NCBI GenBank assembly: GCA_964016885.1
Contig: OZ024743.1
Span: 376,960,001 to 377,024,000, forward strand
DNA length: 64,000 bases
Reading direction: 5' to 3'
DNA from: Eledone cirrhosa
Lineage: Eukaryota
Shown here piece after piece: positions 1 through 14,473 of this stretch; positions within the stretch are counted from its first letter, which is position 1; each line of letters starts with the position of its first letter. Made by a program: the position numbers and the translations under genes. Under the pieces are notes generated by a model. It searched no databases and was not told the origin of the DNA. It saw nothing but the letters and a program-made list of their open reading frames with translations.

Positions 1-968
1 AAATACGTTTCGTTTAACCGATAGAGGAAGGTATGCAATTTTATGGAAGTAATAAAGAAGCGAGTTGGGAGTCCTCTTTCAAAAGCAATATTAGACTGGA
101 CGTAAATTGGCCATCAACACAAGTAGTGGCCACTAAGTTTAACAAGATCAGTCAAGCGGGAAAATAAATAAACTATATGGTCAAATGAAAACGTTATGTT
201 TATTCACGAGATCTCGTCGAAATAATAAAGTATCCTGTACCATATCAACAACAGTTAAATATTTGGGGAAAGGAAGAGAAAATGAAAGAGAGAGCGAGAG
301 AGGGGAGTAAGAAACAGAGGGTGAATGAGAGAGAGGGAGTGAGAGAGAGAGACAATTTGAGACAGTGTGACAGAGATAGAGAGGGAATGAAACAAGGCGA
401 TGTAATAGAGAAAAGTGGGTGAGAAATATTTAGTCTTGAAGCGAAGTCAAATTGACATGAAACACTCGTTATTATTTTTTTCCGTTTTTATTTCATGTTA
501 TTATTGTTGTTGTTTTTAACGTATTTTGAAGATGTTAGGGGGAGACAGGAAGAATTATTTTAGTTTTATGAGTGAAACAGTTGTGCATTAATTCGAGCTG
601 TCGAGTTTGTTGATGTAGAAGATGACTGCCGACATAATATGGCCTCCTCTCTCCTTTTATGCTCTTTTTCGTTGAACGATGATATTTCTAGTTAAATCGA
701 TTCTTTTGTCTATAAAACTGGCTAAAATGCTATAATCCATTTGGTCGATTGACGCCGATGACACTTCATTATAACTTTACGGAACTACTTCAAATTGACT
801 TGTTAAAGTCGGCTGCCTTCAACTGACATTCCATATTTTATGCTTCGTCTTCAATATTGATATGTAGTTTCCAACGAAATATTATTGCTCCGCGTTTTCC
901 TCAAATATTCAATCAAAAATATATCAATTTTTTGTGTATATATATGTATATATATATATGTGTGTGTG

Positions 969-1020
<52 letters not shown>

Positions 1021-1024
<4 letters not shown>

Positions 1025-1082
1025 AACGAGTAGGACCCCGACGGCTGAGCTCAAGCCGTTTCGACGGCTAATTCTGGACTAC
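1021..1082. mobile_element. Family C single-arm fragment in (TA)n; another diverged copy at ~13991-14062 in opposite orientation
   Basis: ggaccccgacggctgagctcaagccgtttcgacggctaattctggact splits a TA tract. Confidence 0.7.
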
Positions 1083-1084
1083 AT

Positions 1085-1164
<80 letters not shown>

Positions 1165-1204
1165 AGTATAAATATATACATTTTTATGTATATATATATT
1201 TATG

Positions 1205-1274
<70 letters not shown>

Positions 1275-1290
1275 ATTTATATGTGTGTGA

Positions 1291-1339
<49 letters not shown>

Positions 1340-2769
1340 TATATGTGTCGTCGTTTTAATGGGCAATTTTTTGACGTTACAGTTCTCTACTATTGACATT
1401 CTTCTTCTTCTTCTTCTTCTTCTTCTTCCAGAGAGGAGGGGGCGGTTCCATATGTTACTGAGACCAAATATATTGCTGTATTTTAATTAATGACACCATT
1501 AAGATGTAAAATATTTAACAATTTTCCTAGTTAATTAATTAACATATATTCTCTACAATTCCTCTATTTTCGCCTTTTATTCATTTATTTTTTTTTTTTT
1601 TCATTTATTTTACTCCCCATTTTTCGCCCTTTCGAGACTTATATCCAAAATCTAGCACGACAACCCACGACATGGTCACTCGACCAGCTAAAAATCCCAG
1701 CTATGTCTCCTTCATATCACAACGTACAATCTCATAGAAACGAAGGAAGACGGTGTAGTCCTTCATATTCCTAATGAGAGAAGATGGCCATGTATGTGGT
1801 CTCTTGGCATGGTAGAAATAACAGCGAAATCCCTCTCAAATCAGATCCTACCATTAAAGTGTATTAACTGCAGGGCACGTTGGATAATAGAGCCATAATA
1901 TACAATCTTCAAAAAAGTTTTTAAAAAGCTAGGATGATTATTGCTAAAATGTGTATCATCATAAATCTGCTTGATCAGAACTGACCTGGGGGGGGGGCTA
2001 AACAGTAAGCCACGCCTTTCGTTGTATCAGGTAAAACATATTTATATCATGAATTTTAAAAAGAAGATAAATTTTAGTTAGATATTTTAGAAGAAAGTAT
2101 TTCAGTTTGAAAACAAAGAAATAAAGAAACAAACAAACGAAAATATATAAAACTAAGTGTGATTGACAGAAGTGAGATGATGATTTTAAAACATGGCTGT
2201 CGTTGTCAGCAGAAAGTCGAGCAAGATATTTATTGGATCTCTAGTGGCAAACAGAGCAACAACAACGGTAAACAGCTTGACCAGACGGTGGTGGTGATAA
2301 TAACCAGAACCAGAACACGATAGTAATTACATTCTCCTTCTTACAAATATATCAAGTTTGTCTTTTAGTTGGAAGTTTTATACATTCCTTCCGTGCTGCT
2401 GTTGCTGTAATATTTCCTCAGCCAAATATAAAAATAAAAAAAGAATTATTTTCTTTTTTTTTTCAATAAAGGCAACAACGGCAATAAACTTATAGTCGAG
2501 ACTTATGAATCGCCAGTTCCTGTAGAAATAATCTCGCGCTTTCCATTGCCAACGATGTTTCATAAACTATGTCATATACGAAAGCAATTATGTTGGACTT
2601 TAACAACGTAACGTTTTCCTTCTAAAAACCTTGAAAGACAACAACAACAACAACGGCAATAATTATAACAACTACAACAATAACTAGAACTTCAACAACG
2701 ACTATCACATCAATAACTATAACTGCAACAACAACGACAACAACAGCAATAACAACAATGATAATAACG

Positions 2770-3730
2770 GTTTCTGATTTAAGCACAAAGCCAGCAATTT
2801 GGGGGGGAAGGGAAAGTCGATTAAATCGACTTCAGTGTATTACTGGTATTTTAATTTATCGACCCCGTAAAGATGAAAAGCAAAGCTAACCGCGGCGGGC
2901 TTTTAAACGTAAAGGGCCGTAATTCTCAGTTGCGAAGCATGTTGTCCGACGCTCTACCGATATTGCCAATCCCTTAACGACCAGGATAATAACAACCACA
3001 ATAACTACAACATCAACAATAATTGTTTCTACTTTTGGCACAAGCCCAGAAATTACCCAGTGCATTACTGGTACTTTATTTTATGGCAACAATAATGACA
3101 ATAACGATATCAACAAAAACAATAACGTCCAAAACAACAAAACAACAAAACAACAACAACAACAATAACGACAACCCCATAAACAACTATCATAACAAAT
3201 ACTACTATGAAGTGTTTACCTGGCGCTCTACCAATTCTTACAATCCATCACTCTTCCGTTGTTTTATAAAACCCTCTCAATATCATCCTCATCGTTCGAC
3301 CACCATAAAGACGGCTACAATCCCCTTCTGAAGCTTTCATAATCAGTTTTGGTCTCGTAGGTAAGTGATTAACCATTAACCCTGGTTATTGGTCAGTTTT
3401 GAAGTCCCATGTGGAATTTTAAATCAGAGTGTAGAGAGCCGGATCAGATACTCCTACGCTCTAACATATCTGCCAATCCACCACGTTGAATAAGTACTGC
3501 ATTTTATCTAACTTCGAAAGGGCGAAAAGCAAAGTTGACCTCGGTGGGATTTGAACTTAGAGTGTAAAGAGCCGGAACAGATACTCAGACGATCTAACAA
3601 TTTCACCAATCCACCACCATATGTAGACACTATTTTATATGACAATATTGACCTTGACGGAATTCGAACTCAGGATGCACAGAGCCGGAACATTTACTGT
3701 AACCTGTTCTATCCGATGCTCTAATGACTC
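2770..3730 (-). mobile_element. Cluster of diverged and partial SINE copies interleaved with (AAC)n
   Basis: Repeated gggatttgaact, ttatcgaccccg and gcacaaggccagcaa motifs. Confidence 0.7.
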
Positions 3731-3991
3731 TGCTTGTTTCTTTCACAAAGTTGGCTTATAAACATAGTCCTCTCCTATTTCATTGTCTAAAATTATTCCA
3801 AAATATTTCAATCACCTCAGACTACAAGTGTTCTCACTATGTCTTGCTTTCTGTGATCTGAACTCTCTTTAAGGGGAGTTTCGATCTTGATATTGCGAGG
3901 ATAATCTCGGTTGATTTTGGTGGTTTTACACACACCATATTCAGAATTCGAGACTGTATGTGTATGTATGTATATATGTATATATATATGT

Positions 3992-4062
<71 letters not shown>

Positions 4063-4450
4063 TTTATTTATTTATTGGATATTAAAATTTATAAAAATGT
4101 GAAATAATTGGTGAGAATAACGGAGTTGAAGTTGTAATGAAATCCGAGAAAAGTTGGAATAAAAACAGAATTTCTAAGAATTCGGATGATACTTTTAAGA
4201 GGAATCCTTACTCTTTCATAAATTTAGAACCAAAACAAATGGTTCGGCGGCACCACTTAACCAAATATGTGTTTGTTGGTTTTTCTATTCAACATTAAAT
4301 TATATATTTGGCTCACATTGAGAAATGAACGCGCACACATTACATCTATGTATATATGTAAATACGCTCACATGCACACACACACACACACACCCATCTT
4401 CTGTATACACACAACACACACACATACAGATATATATATGTTTGTGTGTA

Positions 4451-4553
4451 ATATATATATAAAAGACAGCGAGAAGCGAAAACCAACCAAACAGTGAGTG
4501 TGTTCTGTTATTAATTCTGGCAATATTACGCAAATATGACCCTCCCCAAATAT

Positions 4554-4560
<7 letters not shown>
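4451..4560 (+). mobile_element. Solo copy of the PLE terminal ~105-bp segment, in a dac intron
   Basis: aaaagacagcgagaagcgaaaacc...ccccaaatataacaata matches ~23915-24025 and is followed by a (TA)n tract. Confidence 0.85.
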
Positions 4561-4613
<53 letters not shown>

Positions 4614-4692
4614 AGAGAGAGAGGTAGAGAGAAAGTATTTACTATTCAGTATCTATTACATAACAATATACCTGAAGATGTTGTGTGTGTGC

Positions 4693-4754
<62 letters not shown>

Positions 4755-5544
4755 TATGTATATGTATATGTATGTATCTATATCTCTCTAGCCCTCTATC
4801 TCTCTATCTCTCTCTCTCTCTCCCTCTCTCTCTATCTCTCCCTCTCCCTCTCTCTCTCTCTCCCTATATTTATATATATATATGTGTATCTGTGTGTGTG
4901 TGTATGCATATATATCATGCTACAGATATTTGAAACCCACATCGTCAATATCCCTGCCTTTCCGTTTCTTTATCTCTAACTGAAATTATTGCTACTTTTG
5001 GTGTGAGGAACTGCAATGTTTTTTCAATGAGTAAATTGCAATGTGAGATGCTAAAATTCAGCTAAACATCAACTCTATGGCTTTTTAACAACATTCCGTT
5101 TTCTATAAACAAATATTGAAATAAGTTTTTCAAATATATATGCTTCCTGCTCTGAGTTTTTTGTTTATTTGAGCGGGTTTTAGTACTATTTTTGTTACAG
5201 TTCCTATCAAACGTTGCAGATCTTGAATTATTAAAAGCAGTAATGTTTTAGGTTTTTTTAAGGATATTTTTAAACATTCTATTTAAAAAGAGTTTTTTTC
5301 TCTGTGGTTTATTTGTGTTCTTTTAAAATATTTTGTTCCTTTTCCATTCTGAGATTCTCTCATAATGTTTTGAGAAACTGTCTGCTGTCAACATTTTCCG
5401 AAATGGTCTGTTGCCAATTTTACCAAAATTGTTTACATTTTTATTATACATATTTTTGTGTGTGCTTGTATGTGTTTGCGCACATGTGCGTGTGTGAGCG
5501 TGTGAGCATTTGAGTGTGTACATATATACAATATATTACATTTA

Positions 5545-5622
<78 letters not shown>

Positions 5623-5681
5623 GTTATATATATCATTTAATATATATGCATATATCATTATCATTATTATTATTATCATCA

Positions 5682-5735
<54 letters not shown>

Positions 5736-5763
5736 TTAATATTATATTCTTTTTCCTCTGCAG

Positions 5764-5847
5764 CTGAATTAAAGATGGAGCTATTGAGAGAACGTGACCT
5801 GCGAGAAAATATGGAGAAACAGTTGATGGACGAACAAAGAACTCGAG
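5764..5847 (+). CDS. dac: Dachshund homolog, internal exon (DD2/coiled-coil: xELKMELLRERDLRENMEKQLMDEQRTR)
   Basis: Acceptor ttttcctctgcag at 5763, donor gtgaat at 5848; 84 nt, phase 1/1. Peptide matches the Dach DD2 motif TELKMELFRERELRETLEKQL as recalled. Upstream exons not found in the window. Confidence 0.93.
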
Positions 5848-6189
5848 GTGAATATAATTGACTAATCGTTCATTTTGAAAGCTAAAGGATATTATATTAT
5901 TATCTGACAACTCTATTCTATAGAAATGTTTCGGTATTTTCTCTTTCTAGAAATACTGCTTGTTCATATTCCATATCGACAAACAGTACAATATTCTCTG
6001 TTCAGATAGAGATAGCACTGCAAATTGACATCTTGTTTTGTTAGATTCAAGGCTAATGGAGGGGTGTTAAGATTATTTTATCGAAGCTGCTTTTTTCGTA
6101 TTCCTCTCTGGAAGAAACACGTAGTTTTAGTCTAACTGAATGTATATAAAAAACAATTACTATATAATTTCTATTATATATACTCGTAA

Positions 6190-6590
6190 TTGGCAGAGTT
6201 GGACAAATACTTATCAGTATTCGTTCCTGGCTCTGAGTTTAATTCCCGTCGATGACACCGTTGTCTTTCCCCCTTCGGAGATCGATAAAATACCAGTAAA
6301 GTAAGGGATCGATTTAATTAACTCTCCACAAAACGTTTCTGGCCTTGTGCCTATGTTCGAAATTATTAAATAAACTGACTGAGAACGGTGGAACACCAGG
6401 CAAAATGTTTTGCAGCATTTAGTTACGGCTCTTTATGTTCTGAGTCCAAATACCACCGAAGTCAACGTTGACTTTCGTCCGTCCAAGGTCAATAAAATAA
6501 AGTACCAATCATGTACCAGTGTCGTTTTAATGGATTTGTCCCTTCTAGCCAAAGTTACTGGCCTTGTTACTGAATTAAAAATTATTATAT
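6190..6590 (+). mobile_element. Two tandem diverged SINE copies in a dac intron; another at ~7280-7445
   Basis: ctgagtttaattcccg...gtcgataaaataccag-type motifs. Confidence 0.7.
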
Positions 6591-7736
6591 AGACAGACTA
6601 TTTTCAGTTTCCCTCTCAGTAAGTATCAATATTAACGTAAAAGACATTCGCATCGATAATAAAGACTAGACATTTTAGTTCTTAAGAACCAAAACGTTAT
6701 TACTTCCTAAAAAAAGTAGAAACAATTATTTATTTATTCAATACTGAGTTTTAATCCTAAAGTTATTATTGCTTTACGTTTTAAAAAATTGAAATCTTTC
6801 TCGAGCCTACAGTTTCATCAGGTTTAATGTGGTGTTAAGGGACCGAGAATACAATGACACCTTTATAGTACTGTTAATAATAGTACAAATAGCCAACACC
6901 ATAATATATGTCTATATGTTATCCATGGTAGCGGCAGTAATGGCGTATATATAGACTACACTATAACCTATATCTATATATTTTCAATACATATCTATAG
7001 CAGTGTAATTATTTCTACCTATCTATGTGGTCACCATCATCATCATCATCCTTTTACGTTTGTTTTCCCCATGCTGACACGAGTTGAAATGTTCATTACG
7101 AACCAAGTCAGTATTTAATCGTAGCTATTGTTCTCCTCGGCGGTTCGAGAGATCCCACTTTGTTCAATATGCACCTTTTGGGGAGGGAGTGTGGATTCTA
7201 AAGCTGGATGTTCTTCCTCGCGCCAACCATTTTACAAAATGTACTAGATCCATTGTATAGTGGCATTAAAACTAGAGAAATGGCAGCGAATTGGCAAAGA
7301 CGTTAGAACGTTGGATAGAAAGCTTTGTTATATATACTCTACTCTGCGTTTTGTGTTCAAATCTCGCCGAAGACAAATTTGCCTTTCAGCTCTTGGAAGG
7401 CGATAAAAAATGTTCTAGTTCAATGCTAGGGTCGATTTTTCCTCTATATCTCTTTCCGACTTCACCATGTTTTAAATGCCCAATACACGTTGTATATCAT
7501 TACGGGTCTATACATACAACACTAGAAAGGTTTTCGTGTCCTTGGTGTGATTGGAGAGTTTCTCTACTTTTTCCTGTCCCATGACAATGTAAATTTTTTG
7601 TACCAATCAATATGGCTATCTGAGTAATGGTTTTGTACCAATCAATATGGCCACCACTGTGTAATTTTTTGTACTAATCAATATGGCCATCACCATGTAA
7701 TAGTTGTCTTATTGTCTGTTCTGTTCTATTTGATAG

Positions 7737-7883
7737 TGATGCTACAAAAACGATTGAAAAAAGAAAAGAAATCTCGTAGGAAAATGCAAGAGCAAATTGA
7801 TATGATTGAACAAAGAAACAACATGATGAGTGGCGAACGGATGTCAACACCCCCTGGTGGTGACAATATCATCAATACCAACG
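7737..7883 (+). CDS. dac: Dachshund exon (VMLQKRLKKEKKSRRKMQEQIDMIEQRNNMMSGERMSTPPGGDNIINTN)
   Basis: Acceptor tatttgatag at 7736, donor gtactt at 7884; 147 nt, phase 1/1, in frame with the previous exon. QKRLKKEKK is the conserved Dach coiled-coil motif. Confidence 0.93.
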
Positions 7884-8032
7884 GTACTTATTCTTTTTCC
7901 TAAACTTTAACACGCCTTTCATTTTTATCGTGTCCACAGAGTGTGAGGGAAGGGATAAAAGGATTGGTAAGACTGCAATGCGCACCCTTTCTTGGGCCTT
8001 TTACGCATCCTATTCCGAAAGGAGAAGATGGA

Positions 8033-8225
8033 TAATTGTTTCTACTTTTGGCACAAGGCCAGAAATTATCCCAGTGTATTACTGGTACTTTATTTTATCG
8101 ACCCCGTAGGGATGAAAGGCAAAGTTAACCTCGGCGGGATTTGAACTCAGACCATAAAGGGCCGTAACTCTTTGCTGCAAAGCACGGCGTCTGACCCTCT
8201 ACCGATACTGCCAATACACCGCCCA
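8033..8225 (-). mobile_element. Same SINE family in a dac intron
   Basis: Contains gggatttgaactcag and ttatcgaccccgtagggatgaaaggc. Confidence 0.85.
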
Positions 8226-8968
8226 TGGATAATAAAACGGGTAATGAGCTTGCCAATGTGCTACCTTTTTATCTGGTGAAAGGGAAAGATGGGGAATTAG
8301 GAGTCAGTATTTAACACTAAGTGTACTGGCCTTTGTCCCACTTATTCCATCAACGGACCAACATATTCGTTAGATTCACGCGGAAAGTGGCTGAGTATTC
8401 CACATATATGTGGACCCATAACGTAGTTCTTATGAAGATTCAGTGTGACAAAATGCGGTAAAATAGGACAGAGTGAGGTTTTTCGACTAAAGTTTACATA
8501 AAAGGTACATAAAAGTGTACGTATAAACCAGAGTTTATTTAATTGAAATCTAAAGGTGATAAAACTAGGTAGACTGCACAACAAATAAACCAGGAGGAAA
8601 TGTAGGTGTGGGTGTGGGTGAGAGAGAGAGGGGTGTGTGTGAGGTGTGTGATATGTGTGTGAGGGGTGTGTGTGTGTGTGTGTGTTAGGTGAAATGTGTG
8701 TGTGCGTGTGTGTGTCTGTGTGTTTGGTCTGTATGTGTGTGTGTATGTGTAAGATGTATATGTGTGTGTGAGGTGTATGTATGTGTCTGTGTGTATGAGG
8801 TGTATGTATATGTCTGTGTGTGTGAGGTGTATTGTATGTGTGTGTCTGCGTGTGTGTGTGTCTGCGTGCGTGTGTGTGTATGTGTGTGTGTTTGTGTGTG
8901 TGTATTGCTACCAAAATAATCTATATTTATCTTGTCTTTTATTCGGGAATCTTTCTTACACTTTCCAG

Positions 8969-9034
8969 ATTGCCACAGCCAGGATATGGAACGGGAACGA
9001 AGCTATATGGAAGCTGCTGAAAGAAAATTGCAAG
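8969..9034 (+). CDS. dac: Dachshund exon (DCHSQDMERERSYMEAAERKLQ)
   Basis: Acceptor ctttccag at 8968, donor gtacat at 9035; 66 nt, phase 1/1. AERKLQ resembles the vertebrate DACH C-terminal AERTIQ. Confidence 0.82.
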
Positions 9035-9372
9035 GTACATATATCATTAAATATACTAATATACTAATTCTTTCTGTAAGAATCTACACTTATGAAACAA
9101 AATTTCCCTAAGGGGCTTCCGCGAGATAAGATGCTTTTTAATAAAATTTCAAAAAATGTATTTCTTATTTATTGGGTTATTAACGTTAAGGGGGTGGAAA
9201 TGATTCGTGTAATTATAGATAGGGGCAGTTCCATGTAAAGCTGGTAATAGACTCAGAACAGATGTAAATTTGTAGGCGAAGCTGGTAATAAGTCCCAACC
9301 AGATGTGAAATATTTCAAACTGCTCATTTAGTATTTTAGTAATCTGTCATAAATATTGCGGGTTTAATCCAT

Positions 9373-9446
<74 letters not shown>

Positions 9447-9449
<3 letters not shown>

Positions 9450-9623
9450 GATATTAAATAAATGGAAACTATATTTATAAAACCATATTTATTTCATTGG
9501 TTTTATAAATATAGTTTCCATTTATTTAATATCATAAATATACTCCAAATGCTTGTTGAGTGCTTTTATATCAGTTATAAATATTTACTCGTTGTTAACC
9601 CAACAATTTAAATATAACTTTCC

Positions 9624-9626
<3 letters not shown>
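9447..9626. mobile_element. Foldback mini-element, family A
   Basis: ~39-bp inverted arms (9447-9485 / 9498-9536) plus a ~90-bp one-sided tail, between TA tracts; homologous to 49958-50246. Confidence 0.75.
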
Positions 9627-9708
<82 letters not shown>

Positions 9709-9855
9709 ATAGTAATAAATGAGAGCAAATTTTACTCATTTATCAGTGCTATGATAGGATCAAGCAGTGAATTTTTAATTTTGGTTTATGAGCACATTGT
9801 AACTATATATATATATATAGTTACAATGTGCTCATAAACCATAATTAAAAGTATA

Positions 9856-9917
<62 letters not shown>

Positions 9918-10148
9918 TTATATGGAACGGAATGAACCTCCGTCGGTTTCGATGACGCGTGTTCAATTTTTCAATCAAGGGTATAGCCTGCTCATAAAAT
10001 TAACATGCAAGTGATTGAGCTTCACAGACACGTGTACCTTTAACGTAATTCTGGTGAATATTCAATGAATCAGGGTATGTGATAAGACTAACTCTTTGAA
10101 TTACAGGTATAGTTCATTCGACGGGCTTCCAAACAATTTCCCTCTACC

Positions 10149-10459
10149 CAGGGCCTGATTTAATTGAGGGGGCTGGGTAAAGTGGGGCCCCCACCTGCGA
10201 CAGCCGTAGCAATTTATTTGCGCCTTCAGCTGGGCTTTAGGATGGTTAGAATTTAGGATGGTTAGAATTTAGGATGGTTAGAATTTTTTCATGTAATACC
10301 TGTATGTATAATTTTTCAATTCCAATTAGGCGAAGCTGACTTTGATATGTAAAATTGAGGCGGGGGACGGTATCCTAATTTTGTTTCTATATGAGCCCCC
10401 CCCCCCCCCAAATAAGACCTGAAGTGCCCCGGACCCCCCAAGGTCTAAATCCAACCCTG
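10149..10459. mobile_element. hAT-type MITE nested in an older SINE-like repeat
   Basis: TIRs cagggcctgattta / taaatccaaccctg (11/14 match); 8-bp TSD cctctacc (10141-10148) / cctcaacc (10460-10467); internal 16-bp repeat x3. Confidence 0.75.
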
Positions 10460-11029
10460 CCTCAACCCAGTTTCGCTCACAAGGCATGTGTCGTCCCGAG
10501 GCTATGGTAAATGTCAGTGGGATTGAAGCCGGACTTAATAATAGCAAAACAAACTATAATATATATATAGGTTACTGGTATATACAAAAATCAGCAGTAG
10601 ACATGATGTCCGTACAAGTATTAGAAGAGAACCTAGAAAGGCAACTGTCCACCTTGTTTTGATCTTCTCTGCTGTAAAAAAAATAAGATTTGAGGAAAAT
10701 CTTTTTTTGAGCATAATTCTTTAGTTCCTTAGTTCCTTTTCTTCCCATGAAGAATTGGATGACCAAAAATCTCCGTAGCACGCGATTGCAATACTTGTTA
10801 TGGGTGTGCTCACCGTTTCTTTAGTAATTTTGATTAATGGGTGTAAAGTTGCTATCCTGGCGTTACATTACCCGCCCTTCTCAACACAGACCGAAAACAT
10901 GTCTAGTGTTTCGAATTCCAGGCGTGTCTAACTCCGGATAGGAGCCATTTCAGGCACTAAATCTGAGGCTCAAATCACTTCACGTTATTTTCTAAACGCT
11001 ATGGTGTACATTAAACTTATTATTAACAT

Positions 11030-11285
11030 GTTTCGTGGCATTGAGTTACGGCCCTTTGTGTTCTGAGTTCAAATCCCGCGGAGGTTAACTTTGCTTATCA
11101 TCCTTACGGCGTCGGTGAAATAAAGTACTAGAAATGCACTAGGATCGATTTAATCGACTTTCCCCTCCCCTTAAATTGTTGGCTTTGTGCGTAAAGTAGA
11201 AATCCTTACGGGTTCGATAAAATAAAGTACCAGTAATGCACTGATATAATTGCTGGCCTTGTGCCAAATATAGAAACAATTATTA
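11030..11285 (+). mobile_element. SINE copy with a duplicated 3' part, ~65 bp upstream of the last dac acceptor
   Basis: ttacggcccttt...ctgagttcaaatcccg...gataaaataaagtaccag. Confidence 0.8.
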
Positions 11286-11350
11286 TGGTAATTAACTTCT
11301 TTAAACAATGTCTTACATATTTTTAATCTCATAACATTTTTCTCATCCAG

Positions 11351-11460
11351 ATTCCCAGGAGAGGACCTCTCATCTGTACGAGACTTACATGACACATGCA
11401 GGAAGTCCTGGAGCAACGCGTTTTGCCTACCACCCTCTCGTTAAAAGCGATGTCCAATGA
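11351..11460 (+). CDS. dac: Dachshund terminal coding exon (DSQERTSHLYETYMTHAGSPGATRFAYHPLVKSDVQ*)
   Basis: Acceptor ttttctcatccag at 11350; phase 1 continues the frame to TGA at 11458-11460. Non-repetitive island followed by AT-rich UTR-like sequence. Confidence 0.72.
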
Positions 11461-11903
11461 TTTAGCAGTGGCATTGTCTGTTTCATCAATGTTTTCTTGC
11501 TGACTAAAATTCAATAATAATAATAATAATATTAATAATAATAATAAATAATAATAAATAATTATTTAGTGAGAAGGAACCAAAAATGAATATAACGCCA
11601 CACAACACAAACATTGAAATAAAATATTTGAAGATTGCAAAAAAAAAACAAAAGCTCAAAAAATACAATATCAGTCCTTTAATTCCCAATTGAAGTAATT
11701 AGATACAACATATAATGACGTCATCATTTTTGGCGCTGACGTAACTTACAGCAACAGCAACTCTATATCATGTATAGATAGATTCATGTGTGTGTGTGTA
11801 GATAAATACATGTGTGTATATATGTATCTAAATATATTCATATGTGTGGGAGTGTGTGTAGCTTAAAGCTTGTATGCATATATACATGTATGCACACATG
11901 TAT

Positions 11904-11971
<68 letters not shown>

Positions 11972-12048
11972 GTACATTACATATATATCCTAACATTTTG
12001 GAGTCCAAGACTATGAATATATGCGCATGGGTGCATATATAATCTCTG

Positions 12049-12700
<652 letters not shown>

Positions 12701-12867
12701 TGTAACCGTGTGAACGATCTGTGTTTACACATGTATATAGGTGTCCGTCTACAGGGGCTTCCGTACGAAATGGTGTAAGGTGGAATATAACTGGATTCCT
12801 AGGGCCCGGGTGAAGGTTTGTTTGTTCCTCTCAAAATTTACGAGGGCTGAATTATAATTTAGGTTTA

Positions 12868-13150
12868 CATGTGGGTAATATATATACATATACGTGTGTG
12901 CATGTATATATACATACACACATACACATATATATATATATACATATATGTGGGCATGCATTTACGTGTGTGCATGTATATATACATACACACATACACA
13001 TATATATATATACATATATGTGGGCATGCATTTACGTGTGTGCATGTATATATACATACACACATACACATATATATATATACATATATGTGGGCATGCA
13101 TTTACGTGTGTGCATGTATATATACATACACACATACACATATATATATA
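12868..13150. repeat. ~60-bp tandem repeat x4 built from microsatellite-like sequence
   Basis: tgggcatgcatttacgtgtgtgcatg recurs at 12951, 13021 and 13091 (70-bp spacing), with a partial first unit. Confidence 0.8.
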
Positions 13151-13354
13151 TGTGGGTATGCATATACATGTGTGCATATATATACATACATACATACATA
13201 TACACACACATATATATATACATATACACATATATATATACATGTATGTATATATACATACACATACACACACATATATATATATACTCATATATATCTA
13301 TGTGTATGTATACATACATATATAAGTATATATACATATATGTATATATATATA

Positions 13355-13414
<60 letters not shown>

Positions 13415-13501
13415 TATATTTATATATATATATATTTGTATACATACGACTAGATAGATAGATGCACACACACACTCAAACAAACACACAAACACACACA
13501 A

Positions 13502-13571
<70 letters not shown>

Positions 13572-13907
13572 GCATACATATATAGTGAGAGAAAGGGAGA
13601 GCGAGAAAGTGAAAATAGGAAGGAGGGGATAATGAAAATCATTGCATGGAAATAACACAACCCTATTTCTAATTTATCTCTCATTCCACTCTCGCACCTT
13701 GTGTCTCACCCCTTCTACATTGCAGTGCATTGAAACACTCCCACTTCTCTCTCCTGTTATATTATCAAGCTAAAACTCTCCCTCACCCGCCATTATCAAC
13801 TACCATAGCTTTTCTTCCCCTGAAACTAGCAGCATTGCACACGTTTCATACTCAAATCGTAAAACGGGTTTTGTGATATAAACAGCCATATATATATACA
13901 TACCTAC

Positions 13908-13947
<40 letters not shown>

Positions 13948-14058
13948 ATATGTGTGTGTGTGCGTAAATATGTATATATATATATATATTGGTGGGTTAG
14001 TTCGGATCTAGCTGCCGAAACGGCCACCGCTCAGCCATCGGGGTCCTGACTCTTTTCC

Positions 14059-14170
<112 letters not shown>

Positions 14171-14275
14171 GAGAGCGAGAAAGTGAAAATAATAATATAT
14201 ATATATATATATATATAAATGTATGTGCATATATATGGATGGATGAATTTGTATATATATATATATATACTCGTT

Positions 14276-14335
<60 letters not shown>

Positions 14336-14390
14336 AACGAGTATATATATATATATATACAAATTCATCCATCCATATATATGCACATAC

Positions 14391-14473
<83 letters not shown>

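Noticed and set aside
3345-3370. Strong donor-like site ag|gtaagt as a possible upstream dac exon
   Set aside because: The preceding sequence does not encode the expected DD2 start (ETLLTNIQGLLKVA-like) and lies among SINE debris.
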